This document shows positions 27,370 to 41,205 of a stretch of 64,000 nucleotides of DNA, in pieces. The notes under the pieces are model-generated. The model did no database searches. It was not told where the DNA came from and saw only the letters and a list, made by a program, of their open reading frames with translations. Within the stretch, counting starts at the first letter, position 1. Each line of letters starts with the position of its first letter. The stretch comes from Chlorokybus atmophyticus. Taxonomy: Eukaryota; Plantae; Mesostigma and Chlorokybus algae. Both the position numbers and the translations under genes were made by a program. The DNA is taken from positions 1,042,366 through 1,106,365 of the forward strand of contig RHPI01002402.1 of assembly GCA_009103225.1 (NCBI GenBank), given 5' to 3'.

Positions 27370-29796
27370 ATGGAGGCAGGCCGTTCGGGGGCTTCTGCAG
27401 CGGACAATTCGGAAACGTCAGCTGCAGAGGCAGCAGCCTCCAGTCGTGAAGACCGCCTGTCCGCTGATTCTGTCAGCGGAGAGGCCGCTCAGGTGCGATG
27501 CTCCGCTATTTTGCGATTGCACTAGCTTGGGACGATCTCAGCCCCTTTTGCATGCACGTAGTTCTGCCGTAGCTGCAGGCTGTCAGAAGTTTCCTGTGAC
27601 AGGTCGCATGCGTTATACGTAGCAACACCCGCATGCAACAATATGTGCATGTCAGCACACCGGTTGTGCCTGCTGTGACACGCTACGCTTGCAGTGTGGG
27701 TGTTGCTTTGGAACACATCATATCGGGCTGCTTGCCGGTTGCTTTAGCACCAATACCGTGCATTGCATCCGTCAGTGCCAACCAAGGTGCCTCCGCATGC
27801 AATGCCAGAATACGCTGCAACCATGCAGAGACACTGAGAAAATGCACGCTGATGCGAAGCTTGCCAGTAGTACAACTGCAAGCTGCAACTTGTGTTTTCT
27901 GTTCAATGACTGATAGTCATTGAACCTCAGGCTTCGACTTCCTCCAGTGACCAGCAAGGTTCAGAGCAACCTGGCCCTGAAGATGACGGTGGCGCTGATG
28001 AGGATGAAGGATTTGAAGGATTAATACTGGAAGAGTTTGTCCATGGTGCGCAAGATGGGGACGAAGATGGCGATGATGACGAGTATGAAGATGCCGATGA
28101 AGACGCAGGTGATGAGGAAGATGAAGATGACTTTCACGATGCAGAACATCAGCCCCAGGAGCCCACGTCACCTGAAGAGATCGCGCTACAGCGGGGCAAA
28201 ATGCAGCACGGGTAAGTTGTGTTAAAAAAAGGCCACAGGTGGTGACGACAACATTGAACTTGTTGAATTGGGAGTGGCTAGTACAACTGTGACATCGCAT
28301 ACACCGCAGGTGCACACATTATCGCAGGAGATGCCGCATACGAGCGCCATGCTGTGATGAAGTATTCTCTTGCAGGCATTGCCACAATGAGTTGAAGGTA
28401 ACATCTGTGGGTTTCAGCGTTGCGACATGCAGTGCTGCTTTAAGCAGTTTTTGCACTTGGACAGACACTGGATCTGATTCCCAGTCTGCTTGATGACAGA
28501 ATGCAGGAGAGAAGGACCCAGCCATGCGGCACGAGATGGATCGAAAAGCTGTCACATTTGTTGTTTGCTGCTTGTGCGAGACAGAGCAGGAGGTCGCGCA
28601 AGTTTGCAGCAACTGCGGCGTTCGTATGGGTGAATACTTTTGCGCGGAGTGCAAATTCTATGATGATGAGGTACGACATGGTACGCTGTATCTCAGCTGA
28701 AGTAGTGCAGCTTGCAAGTCTTGTGTCGTGTTACCAGCAATGTTTATCGGTCTGTGTAGTCTTCAACAGTTGTTTGCCAGCAAGTGTTGGTGCGAGCATG
28801 GAGCACGCGTGGAGACTGTGTGATGTAATTGTAGTACTAGCAGCTCATTGTTTCTCCTTGTCCTTGACCAGGTGCGCAAAAAGCAGTTCCACTGCAACAA
28901 GTGTGGGATTTGCAGAGTCGGTGGCCAAGCCAATTTTTTCCACTGTGACACCTGTGGTGGGTTATAGTTATTTATGGTCTTCATGTCGTTTGTGGTGTTG
29001 TCTGCTCACCTTCTGCCTCGCAGGCTGTTGCTACACCATGCAATTACAAGCCCGGCATGTCTGCGTAGAAAAATCAATGCACCACAACTGTCCGGTCTGC
29101 TTTGAGGTGGGTTTGTGCTCAAAAGAGTGGAATGTCATTGCGCCGAATTCTTCAGTGCTTGGTTCTGAACGTGACAACGGTGTACTTGCAGTACCTTTTT
29201 GATTCAATTCGACCTACCGCAGTTCTGCCCTGCGGTCACACAATCCATCAAGAGTGCCAAGTCCAGTTGCAACAGCACCATCAGTACGTGCCAGCCATAC
29301 TACGTGTGGCTCTGCGCAAGTTGTGTCAGCACAAGTGTGCGTTGCATGTGGCAAGCAGTTGCTTATAGCAGTGTCTATATGCAGGTATACTTGCCCAATC
29401 TGCTCCAAGTCCACACAAGATATGTCAGCCACATGGCGGCACATGGACCTGCAGGTACCAATAATGGGCATTGAGCAAGCTTGTTGATGCATGCATATGT
29501 CATTATCCTGTGCACCACTGACTTTTTGTGCTGTGGTGCTGCTTAACAGGTTGCAGCAGTTCAGATGCCTGAAGAGTATCGCGACAAAAAGGTATGTTGT
29601 GTGCAACTTCTGGCATGCTGCTGTTTCCACAGAGTGAGCAAGTAGTAGAGTGAGCAAGTAGATGTAACCTACTGTGACATCTGTGCAGGTCAGTGTGCTA
29701 TGCAACGATTGTGGCAAGATCGGGGAAACAAATTTTCACGTCATGGGCTTGAAGTGCCATGGCTGCAACTCGTACAACACACGGCAGATTAAATAA
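27370..29796 (+). CDS. RCHY1: CHY zinc finger / RING-H2 E3 ligase (RCHY1/PIRH2, MIEL1-like) with acidic N-terminus
   Basis: HG|[78 protein letters not shown] and LCNDCG...[20 protein letters not shown]. Confidence 0.93.
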
Positions 29797-29979
29797 GTGG
29801 AAACTAGGAGGTGCATGTGTGATAGACGTAGCACATTTTGGATTGCTTAGCTGGTCTTGTTTGGCATGCTCTGCCACTGGTTGTGCCAACACCCCGCAAC
29901 CATCTCAACGCCGTCTTGCTGGATAGTGTAGTGAGGGATGTGTGCGCCAAGCTGCCCTGGTCAAACGATTGAGAGCTGC

Positions 29980-31740
29980 TACACAACCTCCTGGTGCACA
30001 TAGCAGACATTGGAGCAGCGCGAGGCACACTCTTGAAAAACTTGTGCTCGCGTGCAAGGCAAACAATAGTGCACATAATAAGGCAAGTAAATAATGATGG
30101 TGGGGGCTCAAGCAGAGTTCACAACGCAGACTCGCATACATCAAGACTCATACTACCCACCTAGCACTGAGACCGGCAAGTAGCATGCATGGTGGAGGCA
30201 AGTAGGGGAGGCAGCAATTGGGAACAAGCACCACCTGCAGTGCAACGGCCACAAGAAAGAGGTAAGTGACAGGTAAGTGAGTGCGGAGAGCAGTGCTAGT
30301 AGTGCCTGCATGTACATACAGTGTGACATATGTCAGGGGCTGATTTGAATGTAATGAACTGCTTGCCAACATGTTACATTATGCTGGCGTTACAATTGCC
30401 CATTCGCTACGGACACTTGACCTATTAACCTATCGGGTCTTCAGCTGCTAGCATGCTGAGTGGACTACGGACAAGTCAGACTGCTGGTAGGACCGTGCAA
30501 CATATTAAAGACGTAACGGCAGCGAGGAGACAGCGGCGGGGGCCAAGCAGTTGTTGCGCGTTGTCGTCATCGTCATGCTTGCTGATGTGCTTGAAGACCT
30601 CCCGGGCTGACCTCTACCTCTCTTGCTTGCTGCTTCCCATGTCATATCTTGCTGCTTCCCATATCAGTCACAAAGTGCAAACGGTAAGTACTCTAGCGAA
30701 TGAAACAAATGCACTGTGATACCAATACACCCAGCTTAGCCTGTTTTGCAACATCTGCATGTGGGTGAGGTGCTTGTCATCGTGGGATGGCAGCGAAGTG
30801 CTGCTCATCCAGCTTGCAGTACACGCAAGAGCATATACCTATATCCTGGGTCTGGAACAAGGTCATATCCAAGAAGTGCACGCCAGAACCAATTGCAGAC
30901 TGTGTTAGTCAGAGTGTCATGCGGTAAATACCTCCACCCACAACATCAGCAGTAGAGTACATGACTGATGCAAAATCTGGCACACCCAGCATCAAAAGAT
31001 CATGTGATGCCGGCCCAAGCTAGATATGCTTATATACCACACTTGTGACGACAATGTAACTTGCAATGCAATTGTGTATAACACTCTTGCTATGACACAA
31101 CACTCGCACATCACCTTACACACAAATCACTCTCAACTTGTGCAATGCTTATGTCTTTACACTTGTGTGTTGCACTCTTGGCACATCACAAGACTAAAGA
31201 CTCACACTAGCTTACAACAAGTCACTCTCAACTTGTGCAAGACTACTGGTGTGTTACAACAATAATAGCAATTCACAACAAGTAGCCTCCTTAGTCTGGC
31301 ACCCCCTTCAATGATCTTCCCAAACAGCCCACTTGTAGAGCCTTCCCTAGGATGCACACGCACCTGCACAAGCGCTTAAATGCCTCAAGCTTGCATCTTT
31401 GACTAGTGAACGCTTGCTCACTGATATACAAGCCTTGGTCAGATTTGATTTTGACTTGTAACCATTGTTGACTCACTCTTTGACTCTGGCAAGGGAGTTA
31501 TAACTCTATGGTGCCACGTTTGGACCACACACGCAATGGCGTGTGGCGATCAACCTACCTCTCATGCCCTCACATGGGCATTGTAACGAAACCACCCACT
31601 TACTTGCTGGGCGGCTTGGCAAACTTATGCACAAGCACAAGGACTTACTACTGGAAGCCCTACCAGCGTCACTGGTGCAGTACCTTGCAAAGGAAGTCAC
31701 AGCACTGCACCAAGGAAGGAGAGGATGACACCAACCTCTC
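29980..31740 (-). mobile_element. Heavily decayed Ty3/gypsy integrase + PHD-finger relic
   Basis: Stop-riddled remnants VLVLVHKFAK, KIKSDQG, NCCLPYLPP and SLRCELCLSP parallel the better-preserved copy at 37.25-37.7 kb. Confidence 0.45.
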
Positions 31741-32134
31741 TACTCAGCTCCCACACACTCACACACTCAAGCACACCTCACACACATGTGCAAAGCTGCC
31801 ACGGACATCACACCCCACATGGGATGAGAGGGAGAGCCCCTTGAACAACTAAACTAGGCACCCCACACACAAGAGTCGAGTATGCACATGCTGAGCTGCC
31901 TCAACACATGTTGAGGCCGTTCATATACCCTCTCTTTGCTGCTCTCCAACCCCGAACATCCAAGTCCAAGGCTACATGCCTTGTCATGGCTGCGTTGACC
32001 AGAAGTCATGTCTAGGGCTGCCACATCAGCCCTTGGACCTCTTTCAATGCCCAAGACTGATCACACATCAGCCTCGGACATCACACACATCATCCTTAGA
32101 CGTTGTGAACGTCCTTGGCTGGTCACATCAGCCT

Positions 32135-32330
32135 AAGACATCATACTCATGCATACATATGCATCCTTATGCATACATATGCGCGCATATGCACACATAT
32201 GCGCATGCATGCATATACATGCATACATCTAGTACATACCTCTCATGCACGCATATGCACTCATATGCGTACATGTGCACACATATGCAAACACATGCAT
32301 ACACATGCGGACATATGCACACATATGTCT
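32135..32330. repeat. Low-complexity (GCATACATAT/GCACACATAT)-type repeat
   Basis: Repeated gcatacatatgc/gcacacatatgc units. Confidence 0.8.
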
Positions 32331-32779
32331 TTGTACATCGCATGATGTCTCATCGTCTATGATCAGCCCTGTGCTTGCCATCATGCCTTGTGTAGTTCAT
32401 CATGCTCAAGGCTGCACAGGCTCTAGAGCAGACCTACATGAGAGCACACCCACAAGCACTACACACGCTTGCGTAGTGTGGGTCCCCACTTGGTCTCATC
32501 TTACTTACCACATAAGTAAGGGACAGAGAATGACTTTTGCCTGCCCTGTGGGCGTGACAGGCATGTGCTTGGCTGAGAATGCCTCGTCATTGGCTTACCT
32601 CCATTGCACATAGCTTATGCGAGTTGCAACTCCCAACCCATGTGCCCATACTTGATGTGCTCAGCCTACACACACACACCAAGCTGTACCTCAAGCTTCC
32701 CGCTTGAGACAGCTAAGCTCAAGCCCACAATATGTGCAACATTGCACACGTCTGATTTGGGGCCTTTCTGACCGTCAGA

Positions 32780-32893
32780 TCTTACGCCCTATCTATCGGG
32801 CCTGTTCAAACCGTTGGATCTGTTGGCAGTCTCGTGTGACTGTCGTATGACGCGTGACTGCCGTCTGGCGGATAGCTATAACCCTAACTGTTG

Positions 32894-32927
<34 letters not shown>

Positions 32928-33211
32928 AGCGGTCGCTGTCGCTATCGCTGTCGCTATAGCTATCACTGCAGCTGGCGACTTCGACGTTATCACTATTGTA
33001 AGGAATAGCAAGCTGTTATGCTTATAAAGTAATATACCAACGATAAATTGGCAACCTCATGCGCTTGCTAAAGGCACAATTACTAGCCTTGATACTATAA
33101 CATGCGCATGCACGCTCTTGCAACCATTGTTGCTCATTTGCATAAACATCCCAAGTAATTTTAACTTTATAACAAGTACTGATTAAAGACACTCGTTACA
33201 TTCCTCCCCAC
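32780..33211 (-). mobile_element. Probable LTR start with adjacent polypurine tract
   Basis: On the minus strand GTGGGGAGGAA (PPT) is followed by TGTAAC at 33200, the same arrangement as at 44140. The far end of the LTR is uncertain. Confidence 0.5.
32889..32966 (+). repeat. (TGTCGC)n hexamer microsatellite
   Basis: Five perfect TGTCGC copies at 32895-32924 plus degenerate copies. Confidence 0.95.
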
Positions 33212-33299
33212 CTACTCTTTGACATCCTCGTCAACTAATTGAACTGCTACGGGACATAGGGTTGATCATGCCTTATAATAGCAACTTCATGGGTCCGAA

Positions 33300-36200
33300 G
33301 AGAGGTTGGCTTGGGGGTTGCATCATAGTACCCGATGTCATCCGGAACGCACACTCACCGGTGGAAGTGCGAAGTGTATAGCACTGCATACTGTGCGAAG
33401 TATGCGTGTATGCGTATGTCGTCATGGAAGTCCACCATGCGAGATATTGCGTTGCGCAACACTCGCAGGTCGCATAGACGCTTGGCGGATGTACCCGCCA
33501 TGGTCTTGGCGACAGCGTACACATCTTCCCAAAGCAGCATGCAGTCCTTGTACTCCACAGGACCTAATTTCTAGAGTAGTCCGTCAAACTGCTGCAACCC
33601 GCGCATCACTGAAGGAAATGTTAAAGCACGAATTTGGTGCAGGGAGTGTATCTCATCAATCCACTAGCTCCATGTCGTGTCTGCCCGTCCCGTTATGTCC
33701 TCCAACTCCGGCACGTCCGTAATGTCAAGGAGCGAGTCCTCTTCCCATATCGGTTCCGAACTTAGAAACTCACGAAGTTGCAGCCCCCCAAGTTCGCACA
33801 TTATCATCTGCACAGCGGCCATCAAGGTGCGAGATGGTGCACTGCCAGCATTACGAGAGACACACAAGACGCACACACACGCACACACACGCACACACGC
33901 GCACACACACACACTACAATCACGAGTCAGAGCATGCACAGAACTAAGCAGACTCACGCATGCAGATGAGCATACACACGCACAGATGATTGCCTAACAG
34001 ATGCCAGAGCACAGCACAGCAGCACACACATGCAGCCCCGCCAACAGCATTCGCAGCCCACGCCACACAGCCTAACCAACGACTTCCAACAAGACAGCAC
34101 CAACATCGTCCATTCCACATGCGTGCATCGCCTAACAGACAACCACACAGATACGACACAGCATGCAACACCAGGTAGGCCTCGCAGTCACACAGTGTGC
34201 CTTCCCAGCAGCCACATGCACGCTACCTTCACAATTCAGCCACAGGAATGCACACAAGCAGCCAACATGACTCACCCGGCTCTCGCTTAGCACCGGCATA
34301 GCGTGCAGCGGCTGTTGTCCAGGTGGTCCAGGTGTGCGCCGCCCTTTTTGCCGCCCTGCTTGCTGTGAGTGCAAGGAGATTGTGCCTCATTCAAGCCGGC
34401 ATCTGCCAACCCTAGCAGCAAACCTTGACAACCTATCAAACCCGTCAAATCACAGGCTGCAGACGGCAGCTATTGCGGGTGTTGGCGATCGGCACATAAC
34501 CATCCGCCGCCTCTTTGCGGAAGCAGCGATGGAAGGTGACATGGAGGTGAACCAGCAGGTAAGGCACAACACACACAGCCTCGGTGTTCTGCACGCAGGC
34601 TGTTAACAGAGTGCCAGCCCAGTTGGGACGTTGTTTGCTGTTTGCTTGTTGTTTTTTGTTCGTGGCACACAATCGGGCGGTGTATCTTGTTCTAACACAG
34701 GGTGCGGTCTTGGTGGGCCAGGTAGCTGACTCACAATCGATGAACCACGCGGTGAGTTGAGGCGCATGTGCATGCCTTCTGTCTCTATCGAAAGGTGGCA
34801 CAGTGTTTGCGTTAACATCCTAGTTTTTTTAGGCAATCACCACAGTTGCTATGGGCAGTTTTGTCACGATGTTGCATCACTCTCTTGCATGATAACAGGT
34901 GGACGCAGATGTGGTCCAGCCACCTGCCCCACCCAACTTGACTAACAACATTTGTTCGGACTCTCATGCATGCTGCTGCTGTCCTCCACATTGATTGAAA
35001 TTGCCATGGTGCACTTGCAATGCATGTGCCATGTCCAAATCCGCTGTAAGTCACAAGTAGTTGCCATGCAGGCGTTGCCTCTCCAAGCCACCACCAACGT
35101 CAATGCGGGTCTTCCAGAGGACGGTGCATGAAGGGTCCTAGACGACACTACACGCATGAACAGTCACAATACCTCCGACATGGTATGCACAACTCTTGTC
35201 AATTGCATATGTGTGGATCCCTGTTGATGCATATACAACAGCAGTGGCGCATATGCACCACTGCTTATGCACGGAGGCATACGCGCACGCAGTGGTGGTT
35301 GCACAGGCAGTACAGATAACACCCTACCCCAGGAGCTCCAAGTCAAGAGAGTGCGCCTGGGGAGACCAGTCCGCATTACTGGCAGACCTTCCTTGAACAA
35401 CCGGCCGAGGGGAAGACACTGAAGGAAGCGGCGGATGCAGCCGCGCTCGATGCTGACACCATACTCCAAGGCCACACTGTTGCACAACAATCCTTTGGCA
35501 TCAACGACACGCCGCCTGCGAACATTGGCGAGGGAGGGGTTGTGGAGCCGCCTCACCCAGCTGCCGATGTAGCGACGCAGCCGGATGCGGACACAACACT
35601 CGCCACACATCTGCAGCAAGCACAAGAAAAGCAGCACCGTCTACAACGCAAAGAGGACAGGTGCATTGATGACGTCAACAACCTGAAAAAGATGCTCAAG
35701 AAGGCACAGGCAGACCTGAAGACTGTCGGGCCGTCAAAAAAAGGAGAGGCTCAACACAAAAAAGACCCAATCAAGCCCAAAATCAAGGGAGTCCACGAGT
35801 CCCTAATGGCTGCCAGAAAAGCCCAACGCCAGGTGCAAATACCATGATGCACTTTACTTGAGACAGGATGTGCCAATCTAATCTTCGGCTTCAGAGCTGT
35901 CCGAGCTGTCAGAGACTGCCATGCTGCAGTCCGCATCATCAAAAGTGGCGCTGTCGATCTCCGCCTGCTTGTCCCACGCTTTGTTGAACTTGGCCTAGAG
36001 CTTTTTCAAGTAGAGGCGCATGCGCTTCATGTTGTTTTGGTATCTGGACTTGCGGATACTGAGTTCCACTTTTTGTGCAAGCAATGCTACCAGACTTGTG
36101 CATAGATTGCCTACATTGCAGAGCTCTAATGCATTGACCTCATTGATGGCCATCTTGTAGCTGCCTCCCTCTTCGTCGCACTCCTTCAGCTGCTCTTTGT

Positions 36201-36900
36201 TTTGATCCTTCAGCGCTCTCACCTGTTCATACAAGCGGTAACCAAGCAATGTTGTCGGCACATTTAAGAGTCAATGCCTGATGATGCTTACCTCCCTGGC
36301 CAGCTTGGCAATTTTCTTGTTCTGGGCTGTCACCTACTGAGTTAGGCGATAACCTGCAACCTGCAAAGCCAAGCACGGAGTTGGTGCATATATTGACGCA
36401 CAAATTCACGCAATACTTGTCCCTGTGTTGTACATTGCATGTGTCGCTTGTTACAAGCAAAACCCGTGTGTGCTTGTACAAGTGCATGCACGCCAGCATG
36501 CAACAGACAGCAAGCACGATGCCTTAGATTAGATTGGCTTGAGGCAACATTGACACACAAATGCACGTAGCATTAGCGCACACACCCCGGATGTGGTGCG
36601 CATTACAAACTCACATTTCTTCTGCCACTTAATCAGCATCGCCTGTAAGTCAACATCACCAGGCCCTGCCGCCGCCGCCTTCGCCGCCGCTGACGTACTG
36701 CCTCCTTGCATAATAGCACCAGCGGCAAGTGCACCCCTACCCTTGCCCTCCACAACCAATAATACCTGGCCGCCCCTATGCCCCCGCCTAACAACAACCA
36801 CATTGCCGGTACACGCCACAACAACTACATTAGGGCCGCCCCTACGCCTCTGCCTAACAACAAACACCCTAAGCGGGACCACCTTTCAGCCGTCTGGCAT
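33300..36900. pseudogene. Cluster of spliced, partly broken hypothetical genes (coiled-coil), probably transposon cargo
   Basis: Minus-strand exons with GT-AG ends: GDVDLQAMLIKWQKK | VTAQNKKIAKLARE | LYEQVRALKDQNKEQLKE..., with an internal TAG at 35995. A convergent plus ORF lies at 35542-35847, and minus exons at 33355-33957. No family was recognised. Confidence 0.4.
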
Positions 36901-37249
36901 CGAACCTCTCACGCCTGAGCATGATGAGACGTAGACAACAAATGACACCTACCACAGCTGTTCACAACCTATACATGACGACAGGCTTGACACCTTTCAC
37001 CTTCAACATGTCACCCTAACTACGCCGAGTGAGCCGCCACTCAATCAAACCGACATGAGCACAATTATATGTCGTTGATATTACGTTATGAGAAAAAGGT
37101 ATGTTAGGCCTTGGTAGTGTACTCAGAAGTCTGACTAACATGATCAGATCTCATGATCAACTCTCGGCGTTCATGACGATGTCTGTGATTTTTGTAACAC
37201 AATTGAAAATTGTTCGGACGTTGATACCAGTCGCAACTTGCAAGTGGTG

Positions 37250-38826
37250 CAACACCACGACACGTTGCGCTATGCCAGGGTGAGGAGTGGCTTCAATAAG
37301 CCAAGGCTGTAGAAGTTTCAGCCAGGTGACTTTGTCTACCTGCAGAGAAAGACCAAGGGCACGATGGATACGAGTGCGAGTCGACCATCCTTCGTGTGAA
37401 GAAGCTCCTCAACAACGGTGTGTTGTTGTTGGAGGGAGTTGATGCCAGGACCACCAAGGAGCACATGAAGAGCTGCGCTCCTTGCCATCCGCCAAACGTG
37501 GATGACAGTGTGGATCCGGCTCTGGCAATACCAGATGTGGGCCACCGATATGAGCGGTGTGGCCGAGCAGAGGGCTGGGACACCATGCTACTATGCGACA
37601 GGTGTGTTGCCGGTTGGCACATGGAGTGCCTTCGTCCACCACTTGAGGAGATCCCTGATGGAGCATGGTACTGTCCGGCGTGTACGAGGACTACGCGATG
37701 AGCGTGTGAGTCAGCTGAAGGCGCACGAAGGCGCTCAGCTGCAGGGGGTGGTTACACGCATCTTTCATGTGTGTGTCTACCATGTGATGGGAGACAGTGC
37801 ATGAGACAGCATGACATGGTCTCATGGTGTACAACTGCATGCGGACATGCATGACAAGGTGGCTTACGACGCGTTCGAGCCACGATGAGGGAAGGCACGA
37901 CAGCTGTCATGCGGGGGCATGTAGTGTCATGTGCATGGTGCCCTCGGAGCTGGCGGCATGGATGGACCTTGGAATTTCGGCTCTTATAGCCAATTCACAG
38001 GGTTATGTGTTAGGGTTTCGTTGGGAACTCATGTTTGGGTCCTCATGGACGTAAGGGAGGTGTGTTCGAGGCGTATCTACAGTCAGATACCAAGCTGACG
38101 GCATATTTGAGTCATTATAATATCCCGCGCAGCTGTTTTTGAGTTGTGACTTCAAGAAGCCATAACTTACCGTTGGAGTGGCGGTTTGGCCGTGGGTTGG
38201 CATCAAAAGATGCGTCTTGAAGTGTACTTGAAGAAGATGAGCTTGGACAAGCCTTTCCTAACCGTCTATGGTTACTTATCAACGCCATCATGACTGTTAC
38301 TATGCTGGTGCAGACTGACAGTTAGGGTAGTTGGAAAGTTGGTTGGGCTTGGGGTGAAACGGTGTTATATAAGGCTTTGCTAGCTTGTTTCCTACTTTGG
38401 TTGGATGCAAGTTGGCCTACCGAAGTGCAAGCAATACCTTTGGGAAGAGGTTCTTGGCTGAGCGGATGTTTGTGCACATGCTTGCATGTATGGTGTGTGC
38501 ATGTGTTGCTGTGCGTTGCTGTGCATGAAGGGGAGTGTGTCACTGTTGCGACTTGATGCACTGTATGGGCTGCCTTCACATGTACGTTGAGTGAGGATTG
38601 AGTTTGGACTGATCTACATGAGGGAACGGCTGATTGCAAGTCAAGTTGTGGTCATCTTGCCTACCTTTTGCAAGGGGACCCGCATCTTTCATGTGTGTGT
38701 CTTCCCTGTGATGAGAGACAGTGCATGAGACATCATGACATGGTCTTATGGTGTACAATAGCATGCGGACATGCATGACAAGGTGGCTTACGACGAGGTC
38801 GAGCCACGATGAGGGAAGGCACGACA
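37250..38826 (+). mobile_element. 3' end of a Ty3/gypsy element: integrase C-terminus fused to a PHD finger, then LTR-like sequence
   Basis: DTLRYARVRSG...FQPGDFVYL...RVKKLLNNGVLLLEG...SCAPCH, then the PHD MLLCDRCVAGWHMECLRPPLEEIPDGAWYCPAC. A 146-bp block repeats at 37757-37902 and 38681-38826. Confidence 0.75.
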
Positions 38827-41147
38827 CTGAACAACCTTGTGAGAGGAGTGGCTTTGGATGAATATCCAAGTATGAATTGTTGGAAGTAGTTTGCTAGGCC
38901 TAAGAATGACCGTGCATCGGACACAGTTTTAGGTGTTGGCCAATCGCTCACATCCGCCACCTTTCGTGGGTCGGGTTTAAGTTCGTCATTGCCAACAATA
39001 TGGCCTTGAAATAAAATTCTTTTTTGAAAAAGTTACACTTCTCTAAGGAAGCATAAAATTTGTGCTTTCTTCGTATGTCAAACAATAATTGCAAGTGTTC
39101 CTTATGCTCTTCTTCACTGTTGCTATGAATCAATACGTCATTAAAGTACACTAATACAAAGTTGATATATTCCGACAATATATGATTCATAACCGATTGA
39201 AAAGTGGCCGGTGCATCCTCAATCCAACGCGTTCGGATGAGCACGTTAGAGCCCTTAAGGCAACACTTTGTATTGATAGTGCCCATTATGTGTACGGAAT
39301 GCGATTTTAGGCACATCTTCTTTGGATATCTTAATTTGATGATAAGCGGTCGTAAGGTTTGTGGAGTCAAAGCACTTTGCATGCTTCAACCGATTAAACA
39401 AGTCATCCTGTCTTGGGATTGGGTACATGTTCTGATCGTTATGTTGTTTAATGGCCCATAATGAACGCACATGCGTAGACCTCTATTGTTAGGCTTATGA
39501 ACAAACAAGATTGGTGCGGCGTATGGAGAAACGAGGTTTTATTAGCCTTTTGGCTAACACCCTGTGACTTGCTTTACCATCTCCGTGAACTCAATCGGAC
39601 TAAGCCTGTACAAAGGCCTAGTTGGAGGAACCGTGTTCTCTTTAAGTGGGATGGTGTACCACACATCTCTCACCGGAGGTAGGGGTGGCAACTCATCCAT
39701 AAAGACATCAATGTTCTTCATCACAAGAGAGTCTTGTGGTCCCTTCTTCTCAAGTTCCTCTTAGGTGGCTACCAATATGAATGCCATGAAACCCATAACT
39801 TCGGGTTCATTCTTTGCTGTGTCCTTTGGTTGAAGGGCATTGATTAAACTCGGTACTTGAGTTCGCTTAGGTAGCTTACTTGCTGAAGGGTTCAACACAT
39901 ACCAGTGTGCTCCCCTATGCACTACACAAGTGCGCTTAGCAACATCCAATTGCATTTGCACTTTGATGTGCCAATCTTCACCCAAGATCACTGGTATTCC
40001 TTGTATACTCATAGATATAATATGGAACAAAACTTTGGCTTTATAGTTTCCAAGTTGAGTAGTAGGCAACTCTATTTGCCCTTGACTCGACACTTGTAAA
40101 CCGTTCACGGTTTGGAAGCTACATGTTGTATTTAGTTCTACCTTAGCCATTGCTTCTTGTACCAACATTGCGTCAATGTTGATACACATGATGGAGTAAG
40201 AACAATTGCTCGTGAGTGAGGGAAGTCATGCTTGTGGTCTAAATACTTTTGAACGCTAGACTTTAACATAGAAGTTTGTGCATAAACTAGAATGCGAGAA
40301 TGAGCTTCATTTAATTGAGTCACCATCGGTAGCTTAAAGCACTCAAAGTCTAATGACACTTCACATTCAAGAGGAAGTGTAGAACTTATCGCGTGGTGCA
40401 TATCGCGTGGTGCATAGGCATGCGTGTGTTGTACTTGGTTATGTGTTTCATTAGACTCCACCAACTGCCTGCCATAGTACATGGCACACACCCACCCACC
40501 ACTGCATCGCCATGTACACGCTTGAATACTGCCATGTAACGACAAGGTATCTAGCTAATATACATTCCGACTTCTACTACAGTGTATACTACACCACTTG
40601 GGCTTTTCGTACACTTCTACACTACTTTTATAGTGCCACTTCGCCACTGCCAGCCAAAGCATGCCAAGTACAGCTTGAATGGTTTTACTTGCCACCCAGT
40701 ATGTTTGCTCAGGTAGTGGCACACATCTCGACCCGCATTAGTCGACATCGACAGGTACATCTGCTGCAGCAGGTCGAAGTTCTGCTCCGCAGATAGCTCT
40801 TGCACATTGCCGGGCTGCTGCAGCAGCAACAACACCATCATATCGAGGACGGCGAGGGGCAACAACGTACTACGGATGGCCATATCGTGTATGGGTTCCA
40901 ACCACGGCCAATCCCCAGAGGTCTGTTTAGACCGCATTCTCCGCGTTTGCTCCCACTTATTGCAAACTTTCGTCACCCACCTCGAGGCATGCCGCATGCG
41001 GTGATGCAGTGCGTCTTGGGCGTACTGTAGGGTGATCAACTCCTTTGCACTACGAGTCAGCCCCTCAAAGCGTCTGCGCGGCGGTGCTTTGAGCTTAGGC
41101 AGCTCGTGCCGCACCGGCTGTCTCTCTGGACGATGCAAAGCAGCCAC
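38827..41147 (-). mobile_element. Decayed Ty3/gypsy element (gag, extra domain, protease, RT, RT-RNaseH connection)
   Basis: Fragments include IPVILGEDW (protease region), YPIPRQDDLFNRL, YHQIKI...FRTHNGHYQYKVLP, VLVYFNDVLIHS and RSFLGLANYF. Many frameshifts and stops. Confidence 0.88.
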
Positions 41148-41205
41148 TTGACGCTGTAAACCCGCCTGTGCCTACTCAAGACACACAGTCAGCCCCAGTG
41201 AGGCT

